Shown here: in pieces, positions 31,302 through 40,930 of the stretch
Layout of the letters: each line of letters opens with the position of its first letter
Position numbering within the stretch: position 1 is the stretch's first letter
Origin: an uncultured Planctomycetia bacterium
GTDB lineage: Bacteria; Omnitrophota; Gorgyraeia; Tantalellales; Tantalellaceae
Direction: 5' to 3'
DNA length: 64,000 bases
NCBI GenBank assembly: GCA_964527765.1
Contig: CAZGQR010000005.1
Span: 2,402-66,401 of the forward strand
Notes under the pieces: model-generated
The model's database searches: none
What the model was told of the DNA's origin: nothing
The model's input: only the letters and a program-made list of their open reading frames with translations
Made by a program: the position numbers and the translations under genes

Positions 31302-32782
31302 TAACCCTATACAATACGCTGACAAGGCGGAAAGAGGAATTCAAACCCCTGGAAGAGGGCAAGGTCAGGATGTATGTCTGCGGGCCGACCGTTTATGACG
31401 TGCCCCACATAGGGCATGCCCGCAGCGCTTACAGCTTTGAAATTATCAGGAAATATCTGGAATATACCGGGTTCGATGTCTATTTCGTGAGAAACGTAAC
31501 GGATATTGACGACAAGATCATCAATAAAGCCATCAGCGAGCTCGAGGAGATCGGCGGGACCATATCCGCCAGCCGGCTGAAGGAAAGGGTGAGCGAAGTG
31601 GCGGTGCGCTACCTTGATATCTATCATCATCAGATGGATATACTCGGGATACGTCCTCCCTCGGCCGAACCGAAGGCCACCGAAAATATACCGGAAATGA
31701 TAAAGTTCATAGGGACGCTGGTGGAAAGGGGGTACGGATATGCCGTCGGCGGGAACGTGTATTTCAGCGTGGAAAAATTCGCTGAATACGGAAAACTGTC
31801 CAATCGGAACAAGGACGAGATGCTGCACGGTGTCCGTATCGGGCCCGACGAAAAAAAACGCTATCCTCTTGATTTTGCCTTATGGAAAGAAGCGAAGCCC
31901 GAGGAACCTTTCTGGAAAAGCCCCTGGGGTAACGGACGGCCCGGCTGGCATATAGAATGTTCCGTTATGAGCACGAAACTTCTCGGCGCGCAGTTCGACA
32001 TACACGGCGGAGGCCTTGACCTTATTTTCCCGCACCACGAGAACGAGATAGCCCAGGCGGAAGCGGCAACAGGGAAGCCCTTCGCAAATTACTGGATACA
32101 TAACGGCCTGCTGACCGTGGGCGGCGAAAAGATGGCGAAATCCCTCGGCAATTATATCACGGTTTCCGATTTTCTGGAGAAATACAGGGACCCGGACCTG
32201 TTGAAGATGGCTTTTTTGAACAGCCATTATCGCAGCCCCATGGATTGCGGCGATGAGAAGATGGAGGAGGCCGGGCGGTCCAAAGAGCGTATCATGATCT
32301 TTTTCGATAAGGCGGACAGGATAGCGCGCGAGCATTCGGACCGGGAACAGGAAGACGGGGAGGAGCTTGATGCCGGCGCGGTCGAAAAAGCGCAGGAGAT
32401 CGTAAATACCCTGCATGAGAAATTCAACGAGGTCATGGATGATGATTTTAACACTCCCGTGGCGTTATCCATTATATTTGAAGCTGTCGGGATCGGGAAT
32501 GAATATCTGGCCGATACCGGTATTTCGCTGGCTGAAAAAGCCCACATGACCGGTGCCGTAAAAAACTACATCTTGAGATTCGCTGATGTTCTCGGCCTGA
32601 CGCTGAGTCCCGCCAAACTTGACAAGAAAGAGATCAAGGAGATAGAGCGGTTGATCGCCGAGAGAGAGGACGCCAGGAAGAGAAAAGACTACGCCGCTTC
32701 GGATAAGATACGCCGTGACCTTGCGGGGCGGGGCGTGGTCGTGGAAGATACGCCGGGGGGACCCGTATGGCGCAAAAGCTGA
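31298..32782 (+). CDS. cysS: cysteine--tRNA ligase
   Basis: HIGH (PHIGHARS) and KMSKS-like (KMAKSLGN) motifs, plus a Zn-binding Cys. ATGA overlap with cysE. Confidence 0.9.
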   Translation: MITLYNTLTRRKEEFKPLEEGKVRMYVCGPTVYDVPHIGHARSAYSFEIIRKYLEYTGFDVYFVRNVTDIDDKIINKAISELEEIGGTISASRLKERVSEVAVRYLDIYHHQMDILGIRPPSAEPKATENIPEMIKFIGTLVERGYGYAVGGNVYFSVEKFAEYGKLSNRNKDEMLHGVRIGPDEKKRYPLDFALWKEAKPEEPFWKSPWGNGRPGWHIECSVMSTKLLGAQFDIHGGGLDLIFPHHENEIAQAEAATGKPFANYWIHNGLLTVGGEKMAKSLGNYITVSDFLEKYRDPDLLKMAFLNSHYRSPMDCGDEKMEEAGRSKERIMIFFDKADRIAREHSDREQEDGEELDAGAVEKAQEIVNTLHEKFNEVMDDDFNTPVALSIIFEAVGIGNEYLADTGISLAEKAHMTGAVKNYILRFADVLGLTLSPAKLDKKEIKEIERLIAEREDARKRKDYAASDKIRRDLAGRGVVVEDTPGGPVWRKS

Positions 32783-33420
32783 AGAGGGGCCTTTTTGTGA
32801 CGTTCGAAGGACCTGAGGGAAGCGGTAAAAGCACGCATTCACAGCGGCTTGCCGGGGAGCTTATGTCCGACGGATACGATGTTGTGCATACCGCGGAGCC
32901 CGGCGGCACTCCGCTCGGGCGCGGGATAAGGGATATGCTTCTCGAGAAGCAAGATGTCCGGCTTGGCAGCCGGGCGGAACTTTTTCTTTTCGAAGCGGAC
33001 AGGGCCCAGCACGTTGAAGAGGCCATCACCCCTGCCCTTGAAGCGCGAAAGATAGTCCTGTGCGACCGTTTCAACACGGCTACGTTCGCTTATCAGGGAT
33101 ACGGGCTGGGGATGGACATGGACTTTGTCGAGAGAATAGATGAGGCGGCTACCGGAGGCCTTCAGCCGGACCTTACGATCCTGATGGATGTGGACGTGGA
33201 GACCGGACTGGCGCGGGCGGGCGCCGAGCATCCGGCTGACAGGATGGAAAAGAGGAACATACGGTTCCATAAAAAGGTCCGTCAGGGATATCTTGATCTC
33301 GCAAAGAGGTCCCCGGACAGGATCAAGGTCGTGAAGGTAAGGGAAAAAATAGACGAAACGTACAGTTTTGTAAAGGAAGAGGTTTATGCTCTTATTGAGC
33401 GATATAAGAGGGCAGAATAA
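32767..33420 (+). CDS. tmk: thymidylate kinase
   Basis: P-loop FEGPEGSGKST, DRF motif; 217 aa. Confidence 0.85.
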   Translation: MAQKLKRGLFVTFEGPEGSGKSTHSQRLAGELMSDGYDVVHTAEPGGTPLGRGIRDMLLEKQDVRLGSRAELFLFEADRAQHVEEAITPALEARKIVLCDRFNTATFAYQGYGLGMDMDFVERIDEAATGGLQPDLTILMDVDVETGLARAGAEHPADRMEKRNIRFHKKVRQGYLDLAKRSPDRIKVVKVREKIDETYSFVKEEVYALIERYKRAE

Positions 33421-34414
33421 CGCGGTCAGATATCTTACGAAGAGCATCTCCTCGTCCAGGACGGCTTCCAGTTATCTTTTCTCCGGCCCGGAGGGAGTGG
33501 GCCGTGCTTCCGCGGCAAAAGCTTTTGTCATGACGCTCATCTGCCCTAACAGGGTCCGGGCAGATGACGAAGTCCACCGAAGTCAAACAACACAAAATGG
33601 TTTGACGAAGGTGGGGCCATGCGGACGGTGCTCGGCCTGCTGCAGGGTAAATGCCCTCCAGCACCCGGATGTCACCTGGATAAAACCGCAGAATACCGGC
33701 AACATAAGGATCGACGAGATACGCGCGGTCAGGGATACCTTGAACCTGAAGCCTTACGAAGCGCCGGTCAGCGCGTGTGTGATAGAAGACGCTCATATGA
33801 TGACCCAGGAAGCGTCCAACGCGCTTTTAAAGGTCCTTGAGGAACCTCCGGGGAGTTCCCTGCTGATCCTTATAACGAGCAAAAGGGAACTGTTGCTCGA
33901 GACCGTGGTCTCCAGATGCACGGAAGTGAGGTTTCATCCCCTGTCCGTTTCCGATACCAGAAGCATTATCATGGGCAGTCTGAAGGATATCGGGGAAGAA
34001 GACGCGCATTTTCTTTCCTATTTTTCGCAAGGATCCCCCGGCAAGGCCCTGGCGATGATCGACGAGGGCGTCCTGGAACGGAAGAATGATCTTGTCGCCC
34101 TGCTCGATAGCATCGTGAAGGAAAAGGATCCGTCCTGTCTTAATTGGACAAAAGAGAGCAAGGACCTTCTTCTTGAAGACCTGGAGATGCTGATCATGTT
34201 CTTTCGCGATATAGCGCTGGGAAAAGAGGCCCTGGAAGAAAAGGTCCTGGATAAGGATATAATCGATACGGAGATGTACGATTTTTTCAAAAAATACCCG
34301 ATAGAAAAGATATACGATGTAGTAGGGCGTCTTATAAACATGAAACTTGCCCTGGCGGGCAATGTCAACCCGAAACTTATCGCCCAGGCCTTGCCGGGGT
34401 GCTTGAGATATTGA
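33386..34414 (+). CDS. holB: DNA polymerase III delta-prime subunit
   Basis: AAA+ clamp-loader fold with a degenerate Walker A (GPEGVGRAS), a Zn module (CGRCSACC), and an SRC-like motif. Follows tmk as in many genomes. Confidence 0.7.
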   Translation: MLLLSDIRGQNNAVRYLTKSISSSRTASSYLFSGPEGVGRASAAKAFVMTLICPNRVRADDEVHRSQTTQNGLTKVGPCGRCSACCRVNALQHPDVTWIKPQNTGNIRIDEIRAVRDTLNLKPYEAPVSACVIEDAHMMTQEASNALLKVLEEPPGSSLLILITSKRELLLETVVSRCTEVRFHPLSVSDTRSIIMGSLKDIGEEDAHFLSYFSQGSPGKALAMIDEGVLERKNDLVALLDSIVKEKDPSCLNWTKESKDLLLEDLEMLIMFFRDIALGKEALEEKVLDKDIIDTEMYDFFKKYPIEKIYDVVGRLINMKLALAGNVNPKLIAQALPGCLRY

Positions 34415-34429
34415 AGGCGGAGATGAACG

Positions 34430-35230
34430 ATGCATGAAGTGGTCCAGGTCCAGTTAAGAACGGCGGGTGAAATAAGGTATTTTCTTACCGGCGGTATGAA
34501 GTTCGACGTGGGGACCAAGGTCATAGTGGAGGCCGACCGCGGCCTTGAGTACGGGGAGATAATATCCCCGATAGAAAAGGTGACCGACATCAGCTTCGGC
34601 GAGAAACCCTTACGCAAGATAATCAGGAAAGCCAATCCCTGGGACGAGAAACAGATCGCCAAAAACAAGGCCAAGACAAAGGACCTGATGAAGGTCTGCG
34701 AGAGGAAGATCCGGGAACATAACCTTCCCATGAAGCTCGTGGATGCCGAGTATTCCTTCGACAGGGCCAAGATCGTTTTTTATTTCACTTCCGAAGCCAG
34801 GGTGGATTTCCGGAACCTGGTAAGGGACCTGGCCAGTATCTTCCGGGTGCGCATAGAACTGAGGCAGATCGGAGTGAGGGACGAGGCGAGGATGCTGGGC
34901 GGCCACGGGCCCTGCGGGAGAAAACTCTGCTGTATGTCTTTTCTGAAAGATTTCGATCCCGTTACGATAAAAATGGCCAAGGTCCAGAATCTTCCGCTCA
35001 ATCCCTCGAAGATATCGGGACTGTGCGGAAGGCTCATGTGCTGCCTCGGGTATGAGTACCTCAGTTACAAGGAAAGTTCGAAAGGATTACCTAAGATCGG
35101 TAAGGAGATCAGGACCGATCACGGCAGGGGAAAGGTCATCGGGGTCAATCCGCTGAAGAGGACCGTTACCGTGGATCTTGGCGAAGGCAAGATCAGGGAC
35201 ATAAAGATAGAGGAGGCGACGACGCATTAA
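34430..35230 (+). CDS. ricT: PSP1 C-terminal domain protein (RicT/YaaT family)
   Basis: PSP1 domain with a Cys cluster (CGRKLCCMSFL, CGRLMCCLGYE). holB-yaaT adjacency as in Firmicutes. Confidence 0.75.
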   Translation: MHEVVQVQLRTAGEIRYFLTGGMKFDVGTKVIVEADRGLEYGEIISPIEKVTDISFGEKPLRKIIRKANPWDEKQIAKNKAKTKDLMKVCERKIREHNLPMKLVDAEYSFDRAKIVFYFTSEARVDFRNLVRDLASIFRVRIELRQIGVRDEARMLGGHGPCGRKLCCMSFLKDFDPVTIKMAKVQNLPLNPSKISGLCGRLMCCLGYEYLSYKESSKGLPKIGKEIRTDHGRGKVIGVNPLKRTVTVDLGEGKIRDIKIEEATTH

Positions 35231-35234
35231 GGTC

Positions 35235-36833
35235 ATGGGTAAATTTTATATCACCACACCCATATATTACGTGAACGCGAGCCCGCACATCGGCCACGCT
35301 TATACGCAGGTCGCCGTTGACGCCATCGCCAGGTATCACAAAATGCTGGGCGAGGATGTTTTTTTCCTTACCGGCACCGATGAGCACGGCGAAAAGATAG
35401 AGGAAGCATGCGTGAAGGCCGGATTCGGCGAGGGGAAGGAAAAAGAGTTTGTTGATACGATAGTCCCCAGGTTCAAGGAAGCCTGGAAAGTGCTGGACAT
35501 AGATTACGACGAATTCATCCGCACGACCGACGAAGAGCACGAAAAGGTCGTCCAGGAATTCCTGAGCAGGATGCATGAAAAAGGCGATATCTATCAGGGG
35601 GAATACGACGGGTGGTTCTGCACCCCGTGCGAGACCTTCTGGACCGATACCCAGGCGGAGGGCGGGATATGCCCCGAGTGCAAGCGCCCCGTGGACAGGA
35701 TAAAGGAAAAGAACTATTTCTTCAGGATGAAGGAGCGCAAGAAATGGCTCATAGACTACATCGATAAGCATCCGGAATTCATAATGCCGGAGTTCAGAAA
35801 GAACGAGGTCCTCGGGTTCCTGAGGGAAGAGCTGAACGATCTCTGCATATCGCGCCCAAAGGAAAGGATGGCCTGGGGGATCGAGATGCCCTTTGATAAG
35901 GACTACGTTGTCTATGTCTGGTTCGAGGCTCTTATAAACTACATTTCAGGGCCCAAGAAACACAAGAGATTCGACAAGTTATGGCCCGCCGATTTCCACG
36001 TGATCGCCAAGGATATACTGAGACATCACGCGGTCTACTGGCCGATAATGCTTAAGAGCATGGACATGCCCCTGCCCAGGACCATCTTTGCCCACGGCTG
36101 GTGGAAGATGGGCCAGGAGAAGATGTCCAAGTCCAAAGGCAATATCGTCGACCCCATAGAACTGAAAGAGAGATACGGGGTCGACCCCATCCGCTATTTT
36201 CTATTGAAAGCCGTGATCTTCGGGAGTGACGGAGTTTTCAGCGAAGATGCCTTTGTCACCATGTATAACAGTGATCTGGCCAACGACCTGGGGAACCTCT
36301 TGAACAGGACGCTTACCATGGTTGAGAAATATTTTGACGGCGTATCTCCTTCGGCTTCCCCGGAGAAAGCGGCTGAAGAACAAAGAACACGGAGCATTAA
36401 TAACATCATTGTTAACGTTGCGAATCTGCTTCCGAAGGTAAAAGAAGAGTACATATGCAACCCGAAGCTTGAATTAAAAGAGGCATTGGAGCATATCATG
36501 ATCGTCGTTGGGAAAGCCAATAAATATATCGAGGAGTCCGCCCCCTGGGAATACTCCAAGAAAGGGGATATGGAATCCATAAAACTTATAATTGCGGATC
36601 TTTTGGAAGTGTTAAGGACCGTTTCCATAGCGCTTTTTCCGTTCATACCGCGGGCAGCCCGCAAGATGTGGGAACAGCTCGGGCTGGGGGATATCGACAA
36701 AGAGCTCGCGAAGGATGAACTTAGAAAAGAGCTGACCGAGTTTACCGAGGAAGAATTTGTGGACTGGAAGAGAAGATTTCCCGCCGGCACGAAGGTCGCC
36801 AAGGGCGAACCGCTGTTCCCGCGGATCCAGTAA
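35235..36833 (+). CDS. metG: methionine--tRNA ligase (short form)
   Basis: HIGH (PHIGHAYT) and KMSKS motifs, CxxC Zn knuckles (CTPCETF, CPECKRP). Confidence 0.9.
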   Translation: MGKFYITTPIYYVNASPHIGHAYTQVAVDAIARYHKMLGEDVFFLTGTDEHGEKIEEACVKAGFGEGKEKEFVDTIVPRFKEAWKVLDIDYDEFIRTTDEEHEKVVQEFLSRMHEKGDIYQGEYDGWFCTPCETFWTDTQAEGGICPECKRPVDRIKEKNYFFRMKERKKWLIDYIDKHPEFIMPEFRKNEVLGFLREELNDLCISRPKERMAWGIEMPFDKDYVVYVWFEALINYISGPKKHKRFDKLWPADFHVIAKDILRHHAVYWPIMLKSMDMPLPRTIFAHGWWKMGQEKMSKSKGNIVDPIELKERYGVDPIRYFLLKAVIFGSDGVFSEDAFVTMYNSDLANDLGNLLNRTLTMVEKYFDGVSPSASPEKAAEEQRTRSINNIIVNVANLLPKVKEEYICNPKLELKEALEHIMIVVGKANKYIEESAPWEYSKKGDMESIKLIIADLLEVLRTVSIALFPFIPRAARKMWEQLGLGDIDKELAKDELRKELTEFTEEEFVDWKRRFPAGTKVAKGEPLFPRIQ

Positions 36834-36860
36834 AAGTGTGCGCGGTAAAATGAAATAAGC

Positions 36861-37006
36861 GGCAGCCTTGGGGTATTTCTACCAGAAGCTTGTAAACCCT
36901 TAAGAACTTTTTAATGTTGCTCAATAGTTATTTTTGCAAGTTCGGACACGCGGTGTGAAAGTTCGGGTTTTTGTACAAGCTTCTGTGCGAAAACCCCAAA
37001 GCTGCC
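36861..37006. repeat. 146-bp imperfect palindrome / highly structured element (candidate ncRNA or MITE)
   Basis: Arm 36861-36899 pairs with arm 36965-37006 (~32 of 40 positions). An inner extension GAACTTT/AAAGTTC and two small internal hairpins lie in the 65-nt AT-rich centre. Located between metG and ogt. Confidence 0.5.
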
Positions 37007-37036
37007 TTTTACATAAACTGCAGGAACTTAATTTTC

Positions 37037-37354
37037 ATGACAAACAAAGAGATTTGCCGCGGTAAAATAAAAAACGCTTCCGGTCTTACAAGATTCCAGA
37101 AAAAGGTGCTGCTCGCGGTGCTGGAGATCCCCCGGGGCGAGGTGCGTTCTTATGCCTGGGTGGCCGATAAGACCGGTTCCCCCGGGGCCTCGCGGGCCGT
37201 AGGGCAGGCTCTGGCGGCTAATCCTTATGCGCCCGAAGTGCCCTGTCACAGGGTCATCTCTTCCGACGGATCGATCGGAGGATACTCAAAAGGACCGGCC
37301 AGGAAGCGGCGATTGCTCCAAAAAGAAGGAGTTGTGATAAGAAAGTGCGACTGA
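37037..37354 (+). CDS. ogt: methylated-DNA--protein-cysteine methyltransferase, DNA-binding domain only (short Ogt/MGMT)
   Basis: 106 aa with the PCHRV active-site motif and a winged-helix region. The start is chosen downstream of the palindrome. Confidence 0.65.
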   Translation: MTNKEICRGKIKNASGLTRFQKKVLLAVLEIPRGEVRSYAWVADKTGSPGASRAVGQALAANPYAPEVPCHRVISSDGSIGGYSKGPARKRRLLQKEGVVIRKCD

Positions 37355-38721
37355 TAGATACCCATTGCCATCTGGACTTTCCGGATTATAAGGATGACCT
37401 GGGCGATGTCCTGAAAAGGGCCGAGGGTGCCGGAGTGGTGCGGATGATCTCCCCCGGTACGGATGTCGCCAGCAGCGAAAAAGCCGCCGGGATAGCCGCA
37501 AAATACAGTGCCGTGTACGCCGCGGTCGGCGCGCATCCGCACGGTGCGGACAAGGCCGGTGAGCCGGACCTCGCGCGCCTTCGGGGCATGGCCGTCTCGA
37601 ATGATAAGATCGTGGCCATAGGCGAGGTGGGACTGGATTATTATAAGAAATATTCGAAGGTCGAGAACCAGAGATCGCTTTTCCGAAGCTGCCTGGGGAT
37701 CGCAAAAGAGCTTGACCTGCCGGTGATACTGCATAACCGCGACGCCGGGGAGGACCTGCTGCGTATTCTCGAGGAAACAGCGCCCGTTCCGGCAAAAGGC
37801 GCCGTTCATTGCTTTTCGGCGGATGCTGCGGTTCTCCGCGAGGTTTTGACGCTCGGGCTGCATGTTTCGTTCGCGGGCAACATAACGTTCGAGAAGGCCG
37901 CGGGCCTTCGTGACGTGGTGAAGCGGGTGCCGCCGGACCGGCTGCTTCTGGAGACGGACTCGCCGTATATCACGCCGGTGCCGTTCAGGGGTCAAAGGAA
38001 CGAGCCGGCATATGTCCGTTATCTTCTGGATATCTATGCGGCCGCGTACGGACTGTCCCCGGAGGACATAGCAAGGATCACCACGCATAACGCGAACAGG
38101 CTTTTTTGCCTGGGGATAGAAGAAAAGGGCGCGGTAGCGTATCCTATAAGGGATTCGCTGTATCTCAATATCACCAACAGGTGCACGAACAGGTGCACGT
38201 TCTGCACCCGTCAATATTCCAATTACGTAAAAGGACACAACCTTAAACTGGATGCTGAACCCACTGCGCGGGAGATAATAGATGCCATGGGGGATATATC
38301 CGCCTATAAGGAAGTGGTGTTTTGCGGTTACGGTGAACCGACGCTGCGCCTGGGGGCCGTTAAAAAGGTCGCCGCTTACGTGAAACAAAAGGGCGGTAAA
38401 GTAAGGTTGACGACCAACGGGGAAGGTGATCTTATCAACGGACGGTCCATAGCCGCCGAACTGAAGGGTCTCGTTGACAGGGTCTCGATCAGCCTGAACG
38501 CGCCGGACGCGAAGACCTATGACCGTCTCTGCCGGCCGGTTTTCGGAGGGGATGCGTATGGCGCGGTACTGGACTTTGCCCGCGAGTGCGGGGATAAAGG
38601 CATGGAAATGGAAATAACGTGCCTGGATATCGTCGGGGAGGAGGGTGTCCGGGGGTGCCGCCGGATAGCGGAAAAAGCGGGCGCAAAATTCCGGTTAAGG
38701 CACATGGATGTGGTCGGATAA
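37345..38721 (+). CDS. TatD-family metal-dependent hydrolase fused to a C-terminal radical SAM domain
   Basis: N-terminal ~255 aa: TatD motifs (IDTHCHLDF, GEVGLDYY, LETDSPY). C-terminal ~200 aa: CTNRCTFC (C-x3-C-x2-C) radical SAM core plus GYGEPTL glycine-rich SAM-binding motif. Confidence 0.75.
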   Translation: MRLIDTHCHLDFPDYKDDLGDVLKRAEGAGVVRMISPGTDVASSEKAAGIAAKYSAVYAAVGAHPHGADKAGEPDLARLRGMAVSNDKIVAIGEVGLDYYKKYSKVENQRSLFRSCLGIAKELDLPVILHNRDAGEDLLRILEETAPVPAKGAVHCFSADAAVLREVLTLGLHVSFAGNITFEKAAGLRDVVKRVPPDRLLLETDSPYITPVPFRGQRNEPAYVRYLLDIYAAAYGLSPEDIARITTHNANRLFCLGIEEKGAVAYPIRDSLYLNITNRCTNRCTFCTRQYSNYVKGHNLKLDAEPTAREIIDAMGDISAYKEVVFCGYGEPTLRLGAVKKVAAYVKQKGGKVRLTTNGEGDLINGRSIAAELKGLVDRVSISLNAPDAKTYDRLCRPVFGGDAYGAVLDFARECGDKGMEMEITCLDIVGEEGVRGCRRIAEKAGAKFRLRHMDVVG

Positions 38722-38737
38722 ACGGTGAAACGGTCTA

Positions 38738-39823
38738 ATGGGAAAACTTTTTGACGTTATACGAGAAAACAAGCTTTATACGGTCCTTTTTGTCTTTATC
38801 CTCCTGATAAATGCTCTGATCTTTGCGGACTGGATGGCCGAAAGGTCGGCGAGGAGCCGGGAGGCGGTAATCCGGGAAAAGGCGGAAGAAGGACCGGCCG
38901 AGCCGGAGAAGAAGCTCTTCGACGAGAAGGATATAAAGGCGAGACAGGAAAAGCTGGAAAGCCTTGCCGTTGAGAAGCCTCTATTGTACCTGTTCCTGGG
39001 GCTCCTTAACATGCTGATACTTTTCGTGATATTTGTGGGCCTGCTCCTGGACGCGTATTTTCTTGCGCGCTGGCTGCGGAAAAAACCGCTCAGGATACGG
39101 CTTGTGCGGCCGGAAAGCCCCCGCTGGGATATCGCCGATGTCGTGCGCGTGTCGCTGATATTCATGTCTTTCGGATACATATTCGTTATCCTGCAGGCTT
39201 TCGTGGCGGAGTTCTTCCCCATCCTTTATAACGAGAATTTCCGCATGGTCTTTAATACGGCCGCGATAAACGTGGTGGGCATCAGCGTTATACTGTATTT
39301 TGTCGTCGGGAAATACGGACAGACCGCGGATGCGCTGGGCCTTACTTCCAGAGAATTCCGGAGCGGCGTTTTTTACGCCGTCGTCGGGTATATAGCGCTG
39401 ATCCCGGTCTTTCTGGCGATAATGACGGCGACCGTTTTCGTGACGAAACTGGTAAAATACCGCCCCCCCGTGCAGCCTATCGTGCAGGTCTTCATGGAGG
39501 AAAAGCAAACGGGGATCCTCTGGCTTTCCGCGCTTTTCGCGGCCGTTTTCGGCCCGATCGCGGAAGAGATCTTTTTCAGGGGGTTCATGTACAGGGCCAT
39601 CAGGGGAAGATTCGGCATGCTCTCCGGCATGCTGGTCACTTCCGCGGTATTCGCTTTTCTGCATACGCATATCGTGGGTTTTTTGCCTATAATGGCGCTT
39701 GGCCTTTTGCTGGCATATCTTTATGAAAAGACGGGGTCGCTTGTCGCCCCGATATCCGTGCATATCATGCATAATGTCGGAATGGTAATACTGGTATTTC
39801 TTGTGAGGTATATCGGGGCATAA
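38738..39823 (+). CDS. CPBP family intramembrane glutamic endopeptidase (CAAX protease/Abi domain)
   Basis: EEIFFRGFMYRAI, FAFLHTH and HIMHN motifs of the CPBP/Abi family. Multi-TM with a charged N-terminal loop. Confidence 0.75.
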   Translation: MGKLFDVIRENKLYTVLFVFILLINALIFADWMAERSARSREAVIREKAEEGPAEPEKKLFDEKDIKARQEKLESLAVEKPLLYLFLGLLNMLILFVIFVGLLLDAYFLARWLRKKPLRIRLVRPESPRWDIADVVRVSLIFMSFGYIFVILQAFVAEFFPILYNENFRMVFNTAAINVVGISVILYFVVGKYGQTADALGLTSREFRSGVFYAVVGYIALIPVFLAIMTATVFVTKLVKYRPPVQPIVQVFMEEKQTGILWLSALFAAVFGPIAEEIFFRGFMYRAIRGRFGMLSGMLVTSAVFAFLHTHIVGFLPIMALGLLLAYLYEKTGSLVAPISVHIMHNVGMVILVFLVRYIGA

Positions 39824-39840
39824 AACCGGGGGGCGGGAAC

Positions 39841-40890
39841 ATGGCTTACGAGACGATACGGTGGAGAAATGACAGAGTAGAGCTTATCGACCAGAGGCTT
39901 CTTCCGGGGAAAGTGCGTTACGTGCCGTGCACGACGGACAGGGACATACACGCGGCGATAAAGACGATGAAGATAAGAGGCGCCCCGGCGATAGGGATAG
40001 CCGCCGCTTACGGGGCGTATCTGGGCGTGCGCAGGAGCCGGGCAAAGGATTTCGTGGGATTCAAAAAAGAACTGGACAGGGCAATGAAATACCTGGCCGG
40101 GTCACGGCCGACGGCAAGGAACCTTTTTTGGGCGCTGGAAGAAGTAGATGCCCTCGTAAAAAATAACAGGAACAGGCCTGTCGGGGAACTGAAACGCATG
40201 ATCCTCGGCAAGGCCCGCGCGATACTTGAGGAAGACAAGAAAATATGCCGTTCGATAGGAAATCGCGGAGGGAGGCTGATCAAAAAGGGTTCCGGCGTCC
40301 TGACGCATTGCAACGCGGGGGGCCTGGCGACCGGCGGGTACGGCACGGCTCTTGGGGTGATCTTCTCCGCCGGAAGGAAGATCAGAATGGTATACGTCGA
40401 TGAAACGCGCCCCGTTCTGCAGGGAGCGCGCCTGACGGTGTGGGAACTCATGCAAAGGAAGGTCCCCGCGACGCTTATATGCGATAACATGGCAGCTTCG
40501 CTTATGGCTAAAAGAGAGATCGATGCGGTCATAGTGGGCGCCGACCGGATCGCGGCTAACGGGGACACCGCCAACAAGATCGGGACGTATAACGTCGCTA
40601 TCCTGGCCGATCACCATAATATCCCGTTTTATGTCGCGGCGCCGGTCTCGACGTTCGATCTTTCGATCCCGCGGGGCGAGAGCATTCCGATAGAAGAGCG
40701 CTCGCATGAAGAGGTAAAAAAGATCGGCGGCAGGTATATAACCCCGAGGAACGTGAAAGTGAAGAATCCCGCTTTTGACGTCACGCCCGCCGGGCTGATC
40801 ACGGCGATCATCACGGAGCGCGGGATTATAAGGAAACCGAATAAGCAGAAGATCGCGAGAAAAGTGAAGGGTGGGGCAGGTCTGCTGTAG
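39841..40890 (+). CDS. mtnA: S-methyl-5-thioribose-1-phosphate isomerase (eIF-2B alpha/beta/delta-like family)
   Basis: MKIRGAPAIGIAAAYG, TGADRIAANGDTANKIGTY. The last 7 codons are contributed by hairpin repeat copy A. Confidence 0.75.
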   Translation: MAYETIRWRNDRVELIDQRLLPGKVRYVPCTTDRDIHAAIKTMKIRGAPAIGIAAAYGAYLGVRRSRAKDFVGFKKELDRAMKYLAGSRPTARNLFWALEEVDALVKNNRNRPVGELKRMILGKARAILEEDKKICRSIGNRGGRLIKKGSGVLTHCNAGGLATGGYGTALGVIFSAGRKIRMVYVDETRPVLQGARLTVWELMQRKVPATLICDNMAASLMAKREIDAVIVGADRIAANGDTANKIGTYNVAILADHHNIPFYVAAPVSTFDLSIPRGESIPIEERSHEEVKKIGGRYITPRNVKVKNPAFDVTPAGLITAIITERGIIRKPNKQKIARKVKGGAGLL

Positions 40891-40930
40891 TAGCACAGGG
40901 TCGGGAATAGACCAGCCCCATTTATTTTTA
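40871..40930 (+). repeat. hairpin repeat family copy A (stem GGGGCAGGTCT/AGACCAGCCCC, T-rich tail)
   Basis: Stem 40873-40883 pairs with 40909-40919 (one mismatch). Conserved loop ...GTAGTAGCA...GGTCGGGAATA. T-tract runs into the thiL ATG. Confidence 0.6.

Noticed and set aside
36971-37036. Upstream start for the ogt-like ORF
   Set aside because: It would translate through arm 2 of the palindrome. MTNKEI at 37037 gives a normal-length MGMT DNA-binding domain.
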